Shown in pieces: positions 9,489-18,068 of a stretch of 30,740 bases of DNA. Both the position numbers and the translations under genes were made by a program. The notes under the pieces were generated by a model. It did no database searches, was not told the DNA's origin, and saw nothing but the letters and a program-made list of their open reading frames with translations. Source of the DNA: a virus (Duplodnaviria > Heunggongvirae > Uroviricota > Caudoviricetes > Crassvirales); IMG/VR virus record IMGVR_UViG_3300034082_001032. One strand, 5' to 3'. Position 1 is the stretch's first letter. Every line of letters begins with the position of its first letter.

Positions 9489-9664
9489 TGAAACAAGAAT
9501 TTATAAGAGACGTACACTACTATCTCGATGGGGATAAAGTGATTTTCACAGAAGCTTACTTTTTACAGAGGGGCACGTGCTGTGGCAACAAATGTAGGCA
9601 TTGTCCGTTTACAAAGCCCCCTGTAAAGGGTAACAAAGAACTGGAGAAAAAGAAAGAATTATAA
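9488..9664 (+). CDS. 58-aa Cys-rich protein (DUF5522-like); not in the ORF track
   Basis: Read by hand: MKQEFIRDVHYYLDGDKVIFTEAYFLQRGTCCGNKCRHCPFTKPPVKGNKELEKKKEL; TAATG overlap with the nrdJ stop. Confidence 0.75.
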   Translation: MKQEFIRDVHYYLDGDKVIFTEAYFLQRGTCCGNKCRHCPFTKPPVKGNKELEKKKEL

Positions 9665-9687
9665 CGTATATCTGTTTTTCGATTTAC

Positions 9688-9720
9688 GCCCTGGGATTTC
9701 TATCCTGGGGCTCTTTTTTT
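9688..9720 (+). terminator. Intrinsic terminator
   Basis: Stem GCCCTGGGAT / ATCCTGGGGC (two G-U pairs), 4-nt loop, T7 run. Confidence 0.8.
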
Positions 9721-9724
9721 ATTA

Positions 9725-9756
9725 TTTGGCCCGATTAATTATATTTTGTATATTTG
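9725..9756 (+). promoter_or_regulatory. Bacteroidota-type promoter for recA
   Basis: TTTG (9725-9728), 20-nt spacer, TATATTTG (9749-9756). Confidence 0.75.
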
Positions 9757-9772
9757 GTAAAAGAAAAAAACT

Positions 9773-10801
9773 ATGGCAAAGACAAAAGAACCAACTGGAA
9801 ATAAGTTCCAGGATGCAATGGACAAGTTGAACAAGACTTATGGTGTAGGTACAATCCTCACATTAGACAGCAAGACAGAAGGTGATTATGATGTAATCAG
9901 CACAGGAAGTATTGGATTTGATTGGATTACACTTGGTACAGGTGGATTCGTTAAAGGTAGGATGTACGAACTTATGGGATGGGAGGGTTCAGGTAAGTCT
10001 ACAATATGTGGTCATGCTGTGGCAGAATGTCAGAAGAAAGGTGGTGTTGTATTGTATATAGATGGTGAGCATGCTGTAGATAAGAAGTATTTTGAAACTA
10101 TTGGTGTAGACACTACAAAGATGTTAATTGCTCAGCCTAGTTGCGGTGAAGAAGGTTTTAATATTGCTATGGAAATGATTAGCACTGGAACTATTGATCT
10201 TGTAATCATAGATAGTGACAGCTCATTGATTCCTAAAAAGATGTTGGATGGTGATGTAGGAGATTCTTCTATTGGTAGGAAAGCTTTGTTGAATAGCTCT
10301 GCCTATCCAAAAATGAAATCTGCTCTTGCTGAGCACAATGTTTGTGTAATTGTAATCAGTCAATACCGTGAGAAGATTGGTGTAATGTTTGGTAATCCCA
10401 CTACCACTCAAGGTGGACATGCGCTGAAATACTATTCAGACTGTCGCATTGAGGTGAGCAAAAGCTTGTTGAAAGAGGGTGACGTAAACTATGCAAATCT
10501 GACAAAGGTGAAGGCTACAAAGAACAAAATGTCTCCTCCCTACAAAGTTCATCAATTTGAGATTGTTTATGGTCTGGGAATTGATAAGGAGAAAGAGATT
10601 ATGGAACTTGGTAGTGAGTTTGAGATTTTCAAGAAGTGGGGTAAAACCATTACATTTGGAGAGACTAAGTATGATCTTGAGCAATTTAGTGCACTATTGT
10701 TAGATAACGAAGAGTTCTATAACGACATTAAAGAAAAGATTAAATCTAAAATTAAACAAACAGAAATAAAATCTGAAGAACATGTTAAAAGTGAAATTTA
10801 A
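9773..10801 (+). CDS. recA: RecA/UvsX recombinase
   Basis: Walker A GWEGSGKST, IDGEHAVD, VIIDS, SQYREKIGVMFGNPTTTQGGHALKYY. Confidence 0.95.
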   Translation: MAKTKEPTGNKFQDAMDKLNKTYGVGTILTLDSKTEGDYDVISTGSIGFDWITLGTGGFVKGRMYELMGWEGSGKSTICGHAVAECQKKGGVVLYIDGEHAVDKKYFETIGVDTTKMLIAQPSCGEEGFNIAMEMISTGTIDLVIIDSDSSLIPKKMLDGDVGDSSIGRKALLNSSAYPKMKSALAEHNVCVIVISQYREKIGVMFGNPTTTQGGHALKYYSDCRIEVSKSLLKEGDVNYANLTKVKATKNKMSPPYKVHQFEIVYGLGIDKEKEIMELGSEFEIFKKWGKTITFGETKYDLEQFSALLLDNEEFYNDIKEKIKSKIKQTEIKSEEHVKSEI

Positions 10802-11228
10802 AAAACTCTACCCAGATGCAAAACTACCTATAAAGGGTAGTTTGCATGCTGCTTGTTTTGATGTTTACGCACAGAGCGTAACCTATAATGCTAAGTTTCC
10901 TAACAAGAGATATGTAGGACTAGGGTTTGCTACAGAGATTCCAGAGGGCTATAGAGGCGTATTGGTTCCACGTAGTAATTTTACAAAGCATAACTGGATT
11001 ATGAACAACTCTATAGGAATAATTGACAGTGATTATAGAGGAGAATGGATGGCAGTCTTTACCAATGTTACAGATAACGCTTGGCTTTATCCATTCCCTT
11101 ATGAAGCTGGAGAAAGAGTGGCTCAAATCTATTTTGAGAAGATTGAGAATGTAGAGTTTGAAGAAGTGGATAGTCTTAATGAGTCAGAAAGAGGTGAGGG
11201 TGGATTTGGATCCACAGGAACTAAATAA
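10782..11228 (+). CDS. dut: Trimeric dUTPase
   Basis: All five motifs present: ACFDV, PRS, GIIDSDYRGE, RVAQ, RGEGGFGSTG. Confidence 0.95.
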   Translation: MLKVKFKKLYPDAKLPIKGSLHAACFDVYAQSVTYNAKFPNKRYVGLGFATEIPEGYRGVLVPRSNFTKHNWIMNNSIGIIDSDYRGEWMAVFTNVTDNAWLYPFPYEAGERVAQIYFEKIENVEFEEVDSLNESERGEGGFGSTGTK

Positions 11229-11246
11229 CAATAAAAACCAAATAGC

Positions 11247-11390
11247 ATGAAAAAGAAGACAACAAACATGTACAAGACCATTAGCGGAACCTACAGAGCT
11301 AGGAAGTATGTAAATGGTGTACGCATTAGCAAGAATTTCACTACAATGAAAGCTGCTAAAATGTGGCTGGAATCATTAATCGTGAACTAA
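11247..11390 (+). CDS. 47-aa basic protein, possibly AP2/arm-type DNA-binding; not in the ORF track
   Basis: Read by hand: MKKKTTNMYKTISGTYRARKYVNGVRISKNFTTMKAAKMWLESLIVN; ends 1 nt before the next ATG. Confidence 0.6.
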   Translation: MKKKTTNMYKTISGTYRARKYVNGVRISKNFTTMKAAKMWLESLIVN

Positions 11391-11391
11391 G

Positions 11392-11784
11392 ATGAAAACC
11401 CTATTCTATAACTCTGTACATTGTAATCTATGTGGTGACAATATACAAAGCTACTATGGTCATGACTACAAGCATTGTTCTTGTGGGAATGCCATGGTGG
11501 ATGGGGGATTAAACTATGCTAGATGGGGGTGGCGTGAAGAGAATAGTGTAATTGATTTTAGTATGTTCATAGAGGACCACCCATTTTCTATCATTAGACA
11601 GTATTTCTATAGATGGAATAATGTTATTGGGAAATATGTTCTTCTCAAAGACATTCCTGATGATTGGTTACAAGCTATTCTTCTATATTACATTCCATCT
11701 CCTGCACAAACAGCAACAATGCGTGATGAATATCTGATATTATTTCTAATGGAAAAACAATATAGAATGTATGGCGAAGAGTAA
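11392..11784 (+). CDS. Hypothetical zinc-binding phage protein
   Basis: CNLC...HDYKHCSCG...VDGG motif. Confidence 0.65.
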   Translation: MKTLFYNSVHCNLCGDNIQSYYGHDYKHCSCGNAMVDGGLNYARWGWREENSVIDFSMFIEDHPFSIIRQYFYRWNNVIGKYVLLKDIPDDWLQAILLYYIPSPAQTATMRDEYLILFLMEKQYRMYGEE

Positions 11785-12001
11785 ATTAATCCTCAGTGTA
11801 GCAGAAGATGATTTAAAATTGTTCAACAAACAATACATTAGCCTTGTAGACCTACACGAAGAGATTGAGAAGCTTTTTGAAGAAGGAAAACAAATCGACG
11901 GTAGAAAGAAGAAACAAGTTGCAGAATGGAAAGAAAGGATAAACTTCCTAATTCATATGTACAACTCTAGATCTAAATTTAAAACTTACAACAAGGTGTA
12001 A
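11771..12001 (+). CDS. Hypothetical protein
   Basis: 76-aa ORF packed in the operon. Confidence 0.6.
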   Translation: MAKSKLILSVAEDDLKLFNKQYISLVDLHEEIEKLFEEGKQIDGRKKKQVAEWKERINFLIHMYNSRSKFKTYNKV

Positions 12002-12053
12002 CATGAAGCAGAAATGTCAAGTTTTCTGCACATAAAACTTCTTGACATTTTTC

Positions 12054-12084
12054 TTGACAATATGAAAAATTAGTTATATCTTTA
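12054..12084 (+). promoter_or_regulatory. Near-consensus Bacteroidota-type promoter for the EndoVII-like gene
   Basis: TTG (12054-12056), 20-nt spacer, TATCTTTA (12077-12084). Confidence 0.55.
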
Positions 12085-12097
12085 CAAAAAAGAGGAT

Positions 12098-12541
12098 ATG
12101 ACAAAAGAAAAATTAGAGGAACTAATAGCTGCTGGTGCTACTAGAAAATGTAATAAATGCAATGAAATGTTACCAGTTAGTGAATTTCATATAAAAGCTG
12201 ATAAAAACACTAACCGTTACAGATTTAATTCTCCTTGTAAATTTTGTGCTCATATTGGCAGAAATATCAATTACCATAAAGCTTATCAAAGAAAGATTAA
12301 GTACAATTTAACTCAAGAAGAGTATGATTTAAAGTTAAAAGAACAAAACTACTCTTGTGGAATATGTGATATACATAAAGATGATTATCCTAAGGAGTTT
12401 TGTGTAGATCATTGTCATATAACAGGAAAAGTAAGAGGACTATTGTGTAATAATTGTAATTCTGGTATAGGTTTTTTTAAGGAATATGAACATGTTATGA
12501 AAAAAGCTATTCAATATTTAAAAAAGTACAAAAAAAGATGA
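12098..12541 (+). CDS. Endonuclease VII-like (His-Me finger) homing endonuclease
   Basis: QNYSCGIC...VDHCHITGKVRGLLCNNCNSGIG; N-terminal CxxC...CxxC. Confidence 0.85.
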   Translation: MTKEKLEELIAAGATRKCNKCNEMLPVSEFHIKADKNTNRYRFNSPCKFCAHIGRNINYHKAYQRKIKYNLTQEEYDLKLKEQNYSCGICDIHKDDYPKEFCVDHCHITGKVRGLLCNNCNSGIGFFKEYEHVMKKAIQYLKKYKKR

Positions 12542-12927
12542 AATGTAAAATCTGTGGAAAAAATGCAGAAACTGAGTATTGTTTTCTTCATAAACGAAAA
12601 AAGCCTTTAGCTGTTTCTTCTAGCAAAAAACTTGACAAATCTGAAGAGGAAATTCAACAAATATCCGAAATGCAAGAGTTTTTCTTACGTGTTTGGAGAA
12701 AAAGACCACACCATTCAGAGGTGAGCATGGATTATTTAGGCAAAGAACCTATGTCAGTATTCTTTCATCACATTCTTCCAAAAGAAAAATATCCTCAGGC
12801 TATGTTTGATGAAGAAAATATCATACTTTTGACATTAGAAGAGCATGACAATGTTGAAAGGGATGTATATAAGTATCCAGAAGTTAACAGAAGACGTGAA
12901 TTATTAAAAATCAAATACGAATTATAA
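12538..12927 (+). CDS. HNH/NinG-like nuclease-fold protein
   Basis: FHHILPKEKYP...ENIILLTLEEH; N-terminal CKIC...C..H. Confidence 0.6.
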   Translation: MKCKICGKNAETEYCFLHKRKKPLAVSSSKKLDKSEEEIQQISEMQEFFLRVWRKRPHHSEVSMDYLGKEPMSVFFHHILPKEKYPQAMFDEENIILLTLEEHDNVERDVYKYPEVNRRRELLKIKYEL

Positions 12928-13226
12928 TGAAGAATCAGTTTTTCTACACTCGCAAAGAGTTGAAGAGTGGTACACCAGAGAACCCTGTGTACAACGAATT
13001 TAGAGACAGCTTTAACATGGAAAAAGTAGTAAGAAGCGTAGGAATTGAGGACGGTCGTGTTCTTATTCTGTTAGATGACTTGCATGAAAGATCCCAAGAG
13101 GTTCCTGATGTAGATGTTCGTACTAACAAGGTTAAAGGTGTTAAGAGGCAGCGTAACACTTTCCAGTCTGAAATCTATTTAGAACCAGAAGACGCTAAAA
13201 GATTTTTTGAATTGACTTCTATATAA
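12927..13226 (+). CDS. Hypothetical protein
   Basis: 99 aa, TAATG-coupled on both sides. Confidence 0.65.
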   Translation: MKNQFFYTRKELKSGTPENPVYNEFRDSFNMEKVVRSVGIEDGRVLILLDDLHERSQEVPDVDVRTNKVKGVKRQRNTFQSEIYLEPEDAKRFFELTSI

Positions 13227-13990
13227 TGAACTATCCGTCTATTTCATGTAAAATGATCACCTATGGAAGAGTTCATCTTCTAGAGGAATCTCTTAATTCT
13301 TTCCTCAAACAGGAATATCCTGGGAAGAAGGAGTTGGTAATTGTTAACGATTACCCTCTTCAGAAATTGGTGTATGATCATCCAGATGTGAAGATTTTAA
13401 ATCTTGACAAAACATTTGATACAATAGGTGAAAAAGAAAACTTTGCTGTAGAGCAATGTCAGTTTGACATCATTGTACAATGGGATGATGATGATATAGC
13501 AATGCCTAATCATCTGATGAACATAGCCAAATATTTCACCCCTGGAACAAATCTGTTACATTGGAAGAAAGGAGTGTATTATAACGATCCAAACATTACA
13601 GACATTACATGGATAGGAAACTCTGGAATTGTTTATACAAAACAGGCATGGGAAAGTATTGGTAGGCATCCTATTGAGAATGCTGGGTATGATATGACTC
13701 TTGTAGAAAAGATGCATAGTCTTGGAAACATTGTTCTTGCAGAGCCTCCTAATGATGAAGTGAGTTGGTTCTATATGTGGGGTGGTAGAGGCTATCACAT
13801 GTCTGGACAAGGACATGATAAAGAAGGCTCACCTAATGTTATTCAAAGACACAGTGCCTACATTGAGCTCCAAAGAGTTAAAGGAACAATTCCAACAGGA
13901 GAAATTAAGTTAGATCCTTATTTTAGACATGATTATATTCAACTATTAAAAGACTTCAATGCTAGTAGACTTCATAATTCCAACATATAA
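13226..13990 (+). CDS. GT2-family glycosyltransferase
   Basis: ITYGR...IVND...QWDDDD, a GT-A pattern. Confidence 0.85.
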   Translation: MNYPSISCKMITYGRVHLLEESLNSFLKQEYPGKKELVIVNDYPLQKLVYDHPDVKILNLDKTFDTIGEKENFAVEQCQFDIIVQWDDDDIAMPNHLMNIAKYFTPGTNLLHWKKGVYYNDPNITDITWIGNSGIVYTKQAWESIGRHPIENAGYDMTLVEKMHSLGNIVLAEPPNDEVSWFYMWGGRGYHMSGQGHDKEGSPNVIQRHSAYIELQRVKGTIPTGEIKLDPYFRHDYIQLLKDFNASRLHNSNI

Positions 13991-14528
13991 TCGTCCAGCT
14001 CCCTTGAAATGCATGTTAGCATCCCTAGTTGCCCAAACCGATGGGCACTGGGGAGCTAATGTTGTTATTGATGGGACAGATCATCTCAATGAAACATTAG
14101 AGGTTATTAAATCTATTAATGATTCTAGGATAACCTATACGGTTACAGATAAGAGATATAATGATTGGGGACACACACCAAGAGAAATTGGTAAGCAAAT
14201 GAGCACTGCTGAATACATCATCATGACTGGTGATGACAATTATTACACTCCTAATTTCATTAAAGAGATTAGATCATTATGTGAAGTGGAAGTGGGTATG
14301 ATTTATTGGGATATGGTGCATTCTCATTATGATTATGCATATTTTAAATGCAGACCAGCAGGAGGACAAATTGATATGGGAGCATTTGCCACCCGTAGAG
14401 ACTTAGCTCAACAAATCTCATTAGGAATAGATTTTGCTGCTGATGGATGGTTTGTAGAGCAGTTTAAACAAAAGTTTCCAAAAGAACAGATTATTAAAGT
14501 GGAGAAAGTGCTATTCGTACACAACTAA
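13959..14528 (+). CDS. GT2-family glycosyltransferase
   Basis: IIPTYNRP...VIDG...WGHTPREIG...TGDDNYY. Confidence 0.85.
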   Translation: MLVDFIIPTYNRPAPLKCMLASLVAQTDGHWGANVVIDGTDHLNETLEVIKSINDSRITYTVTDKRYNDWGHTPREIGKQMSTAEYIIMTGDDNYYTPNFIKEIRSLCEVEVGMIYWDMVHSHYDYAYFKCRPAGGQIDMGAFATRRDLAQQISLGIDFAADGWFVEQFKQKFPKEQIIKVEKVLFVHN

Positions 14529-14532
14529 TTTT

Positions 14533-15078
14533 ATGGGAAGACTTACAGATATTGCTAACCGTCAGAAAACTGACAAGGGTACAGAACATTTTGAAAAACA
14601 CGGATATACAGAAGTGTATGATCAATATATTCCTGAAGCTGGTAAGTACAAGCTCTTTGAGATAGGAATATATCACGGAGATTCTCTAAGGATGTGGGAA
14701 GAATATAACCCAGAGTTAGAAATCTATGCAATTGATATAGATGAGAACGTTAATCAATGGATACAACAACCCAATCCCTATCACATTTATATTGGAGATC
14801 AGACAGATGCTTCTATAATAGATGAGATTACTAATAACGGTGGTCCATTTGACTTCATCATAGATGATGGAAGCCACGTAGGTCATCATATTACAGCATC
14901 ATTTAAGATGTTGTGGCAACATCTAAAGCCTGGAGGATATTATTTCATTGAAGACTTGCATGCAGGACATGCTAATAGGCAAGAGACCATTAAAACTGTT
15001 ACAGAGTTTATAGCTGGTCAGTCCTATTTTATGACCCTACTGCTTGATACAAAGCTTCTTATTATTCAGAAACGATGA
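14533..15078 (+). CDS. Class I SAM-dependent O-methyltransferase (sugar O-MTase-like)
   Basis: TDKG...HGYTEVY, LFEIGI...GDSL, IDID, FDFIIDDGSH, LKPGGYYFIED. Confidence 0.85.
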   Translation: MGRLTDIANRQKTDKGTEHFEKHGYTEVYDQYIPEAGKYKLFEIGIYHGDSLRMWEEYNPELEIYAIDIDENVNQWIQQPNPYHIYIGDQTDASIIDEITNNGGPFDFIIDDGSHVGHHITASFKMLWQHLKPGGYYFIEDLHAGHANRQETIKTVTEFIAGQSYFMTLLLDTKLLIIQKR

Positions 15079-15728
15079 AGATTCCTGTTATAATAAACAA
15101 CCGTAACTTTGTCACATGGCCTAAGGCTATGGTGGAGAAGATAAAAGAATATGACGGAGTGGGAGAAATAATTATTGTGGACAATGCTTCCACCTATCCA
15201 CCTTTACTAGAATGGTATGCTACTAATCCCTGTAGAATAGAAAGATTAAATAACAATGTTGGTGTAGCTGCTCCTTGGATATCAGGAGTGGTAGAAAGCT
15301 TAAAAGGTGTTCCATATGTTGTAACTGATCCAGATCTTGGTCTAAATGATACACCAAAAGACACCCTACTTTATCTATTGGACAAACTCAATAGTTTACA
15401 ATTAGATAAGGTGGGGCTTGGTCTGGACTGGCAGAGAGTGGAAAGTAAATCTCCTTATTACGACCGTCTTCATTTATATGAAAAAGATAGATGGGTCAAA
15501 TCTCCTAAGAAGGATGGAGTGGCTCTTGAAGTGCAAATAGACACTACATTTGCTTTATATAAACCCCCTGTGTATTTCATAGGAGGTTCATCCACTACAT
15601 TTCCTTATGTAGCCAAACACTACCCATGGGAATTCTCTATTGAGGAAGCTAAGAACAATGAGGAGTTTATGTTCTACATGAACAATGCAACAAATGCTTC
15701 TTCCTATAAAACGATCGTAAACATTTAA
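15075..15728 (+). CDS. GT2-like glycosyltransferase
   Basis: PVIINNRN...IIIVDNASTYPPLL...YVVTDPD. Confidence 0.7.
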   Translation: MKIPVIINNRNFVTWPKAMVEKIKEYDGVGEIIIVDNASTYPPLLEWYATNPCRIERLNNNVGVAAPWISGVVESLKGVPYVVTDPDLGLNDTPKDTLLYLLDKLNSLQLDKVGLGLDWQRVESKSPYYDRLHLYEKDRWVKSPKKDGVALEVQIDTTFALYKPPVYFIGGSSTTFPYVAKHYPWEFSIEEAKNNEEFMFYMNNATNASSYKTIVNI

Positions 15729-15730
15729 TA

Positions 15731-15760
15731 AAAAAGCCCTCTAATTGAGGGCTTTTCTTT
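15731..15760. terminator. Bidirectional terminator between convergent transcription units
   Basis: AAAAGCCCTC-taatt-GAGGGCTTTT, with an A-run before and a T-run after. Confidence 0.85.
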
Positions 15761-15888
15761 TCTCCCAGTGGGAGCAGACCTATAATACTGAGACTATAGG
15801 GGGGAAATGACTCTTCTTTAAGACCACAGTTCTAGAAACTGGAGGATCAACCTGAGCGTGCAGTTCGTTGGGATGCAGGAGAAGACAA

Positions 15889-16047
15889 TTATTTTGAAAG
15901 CCTCTTCTGCTTCATAGGAAGCATAGGACTCTTTCTTTGTAACTTTGTATCAGACTCCTTCATATAATTACCATTAATTGGTTTAGGAGCTGGTACCTTT
16001 GGTGCTTTACGTGGCTTACCTGATTTCTTAGCTTTACCTGATGTCAT
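15889..16047 (-). CDS. 52-aa Lys/Pro-rich basic protein; not in the ORF track
   Basis: Read by hand: MTSGKAKKSGKPRKAPKVPAPKPINGNYMKESDTKLQRKSPMLPMKQKRLSK; TAATG-coupled to the upstream gene. Confidence 0.7.
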   Translation of the reverse strand: MTSGKAKKSGKPRKAPKVPAPKPINGNYMKESDTKLQRKSPMLPMKQKRLSK

Positions 16048-16466
16048 TAGCAACCGTATTTACATTTACCACCACCCATCATCATTTTTACTCCACTCTT
16101 AGCTTTTGAATAGTTCTTACCAAGAACTTTCTTATATCCACCAAGATTAGAAGAAACGCTTTTTTTAGAAGGAGCAAGAGTTGCACCACTTTTAGCTTTC
16201 TTTTTAGCAGCTACAATGATGTCAGCACGAGTTACACCTGGATTGCTGTCATAACCAGCTTTCACTGATTTCATTCCAAGAGAACCACCATCTTTCATTT
16301 TCTTCTTAGGAGCTTCTTCTTTCTTTTTAGTAGTGATGTATGGTCCTTTGGTTACAGCAGATTTAGGAATCATCTTACCAGGATTCATTTCACTTTCAAC
16401 TGAATCTTTAACAGCTTTCTTTTTAACTACAGCTTTGCCCATTTGAGCTTTTGATACCTTTGCCAT
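16047..16466 (-). CDS. Lys-rich basic protein
   Basis: 139 aa, very K/G/A/S-rich; contains KAQMG, MKDGG and AKSG motifs. Confidence 0.75.
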   Translation of the reverse strand: MAKVSKAQMGKAVVKKKAVKDSVESEMNPGKMIPKSAVTKGPYITTKKKEEAPKKKMKDGGSLGMKSVKAGYDSNPGVTRADIIVAAKKKAKSGATLAPSKKSVSSNLGGYKKVLGKNYSKAKSGVKMMMGGGKCKYGC

Positions 16467-16468
16467 TA

Positions 16469-16912
16469 TTATTTCTTTTTAGTTTGTGACTTAATCTTCT
16501 TTTCTTGCTTGAGCATTTGTGCTGTAGGTTTCTTTCCAGATCCTTTATTAGCCCTGATGTTATCCCAAAGTCCTCTTTGAGATACAGATCCATCTGCGCG
16601 TTTAATCATCACCTTTCCACCAGATTTCTTTTTCTCATACTTTTTACTGTTCTCCAAACCTTCTTGTGCTCCAATATGTGTACGTAAAGGTTCAAATATT
16701 CCTGGTTTTCTTCCACTAACTCCTATACTATATCCTTTTCTATATTCAGCACTGTCTTGTGAACTAGGTGTTTTTCCTGACGCAGTCCAGTTATCTAAAT
16801 ATTTATAATTAGTTCCAGGAACTTTACTTGTTACAGGTTTTTTAACACTAGTGTTATCAGCTTTAGCTCTAAGACCATCTTGTGCTTTCTTAACTTTCTT
16901 TACAGTTGCCAT
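16469..16912 (-). CDS. Lys-rich basic protein
   Basis: 147 aa; KKAQDG, TPSSQDSAEYRKG, KSGGK, GLWDNIRA. Confidence 0.75.
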   Translation of the reverse strand: MATVKKVKKAQDGLRAKADNTSVKKPVTSKVPGTNYKYLDNWTASGKTPSSQDSAEYRKGYSIGVSGRKPGIFEPLRTHIGAQEGLENSKKYEKKKSGGKVMIKRADGSVSQRGLWDNIRANKGSGKKPTAQMLKQEKKIKSQTKKK

Positions 16913-16929
16913 ATTTTTATTTTAATAGG

Positions 16930-17211
16930 TTAGCAGTTCCATTTTTTAAGTGCCAGTGATTTTCTAGTAGGTTTACCGTTAGGTTTTGTCATAGGTCCTT
17001 TAACTCCTGACATTCTACTACAAAAACTACGTCTTCTCTTAGCAGCCTTACTACCCTTCTTTAACTTTGAAGGAGGTGTAGTTACTGCCATCTTGAGCTT
17101 ACTACCTGGATTTTCCCTTCTATAGCTTGCAACACCTTTAGCGTTCAATCCTCCTGATTCTGATTTACCTTCTTTCCTTTGCCAGGCTGCAGATTTTTTA
17201 ACTGTTGCCAT
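16930..17211 (-). CDS. Basic conserved phage protein (DUF6321-like)
   Basis: AWQRKEGKSESGGLNAKGVASYR...RRRSFCSRM...LKKWNC, a pattern recalled from small phage proteins. Confidence 0.7.
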   Translation of the reverse strand: MATVKKSAAWQRKEGKSESGGLNAKGVASYRRENPGSKLKMAVTTPPSKLKKGSKAAKRRRSFCSRMSGVKGPMTKPNGKPTRKSLALKKWNC

Positions 17212-17398
17212 TTCTTCCGAATGTTATATTGTTCTTTACAATAATGTCTTTGTGTCTAAGTTGCCACATTTCACCTGTATCATCAATGATTACAGTGTAT
17301 ATTGTGTCTGTCTCATGACCGTAGTCTATTACATAAAATAGCACACCATCTCCTTTTGGAGTCGAAACCTCTACTCTATTAATAAATTCATGAATCAC
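17198..17398 (-). CDS. Hypothetical protein
   Basis: 66 aa, beta-rich, overlapping both neighbours. Confidence 0.6.
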   Translation of the reverse strand: MIHEFINRVEVSTPKGDGVLFYVIDYGHETDTIYTVIIDDTGEMWQLRHKDIIVKNNITFGRNGNS

Positions 17399-18062
17399 TT
17401 AAGTTATTATTATAATCTTTTAAATAAATTATAGGAGTATTATTTTTTCTATTTCCAGAAAGTTTATCAACTAGTTTTTTGTAATTTGTATGTTTTTGAC
17501 ACAAAGTAATAGAGTCATATATAATATTTGTGCTTGTGTCAATTACTTTTATTGCTTTATAACTAGTTTTTCCGTATTGAGGATGTTTTTCTCCCTTTAA
17601 AGAGTTACTTATTTTTTCTCTAGTTTTTTCAGAAACAGGTCTACCTTTTAAAGAATTTATTATTTTCTCCTTGTGTTCATTTGTAAATTTCTTACCAAAC
17701 CAATAGGCTTTTCCATCTTTTTGTCTTTGAGATAATTTTAACTTATATTCTTCTGATCTAACTACTCCTACCATACCCTCACCGCCATTAGTCATATTAG
17801 CAAGGGTTCCTGTACCTAAATTTATTCTACCATATAAAGTGATAAATTCTTTTTCTTTTTGACAAGCTTCTTCCCAAGTAATATTATCAAATAGAATTTC
17901 TACTTCATAAGATGTCTTATTTATAATATCTATCCAAATTTTATTTCTTTTTTCTATAGATTTATAATAAGCCCTTTCGAATTCATAACCATCACCTTTA
18001 CCAATACCTATATAGAATGGTTCATTTTTATCAACTCTTATATGTCTATAAACATATGCCAT
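17388..18062 (-). CDS. Free-standing GIY-YIG homing endonuclease with NUMOD3-like repeats
   Basis: AYVYRH...FYIGIG...RAY; LANMTNGGEG; SEEYKLKLS and SEKTREKISNS repeats. Confidence 0.85.
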   Translation of the reverse strand: MAYVYRHIRVDKNEPFYIGIGKGDGYEFERAYYKSIEKRNKIWIDIINKTSYEVEILFDNITWEEACQKEKEFITLYGRINLGTGTLANMTNGGEGMVGVVRSEEYKLKLSQRQKDGKAYWFGKKFTNEHKEKIINSLKGRPVSEKTREKISNSLKGEKHPQYGKTSYKAIKVIDTSTNIIYDSITLCQKHTNYKKLVDKLSGNRKNNTPIIYLKDYNNNLSDS

Positions 18063-18068
18063 TTTATA

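Noticed and set aside
7563-10801. Intein or group I intron in nrdJ or recA
   Set aside because: Both ORFs are continuous, of ordinary length and lack intein or LAGLIDADG motifs. The short extra loop in NrdJ (SSRKYSTCITPDGSPNY) is too small.
15855-15880. GTTCG suggesting a tRNA T-loop; hammerhead or pistol ribozyme match
   Set aside because: No cloverleaf, and no CUGANGA/GAAA core or pistol pseudoknot could be built. Kept only as an unassigned structured element.
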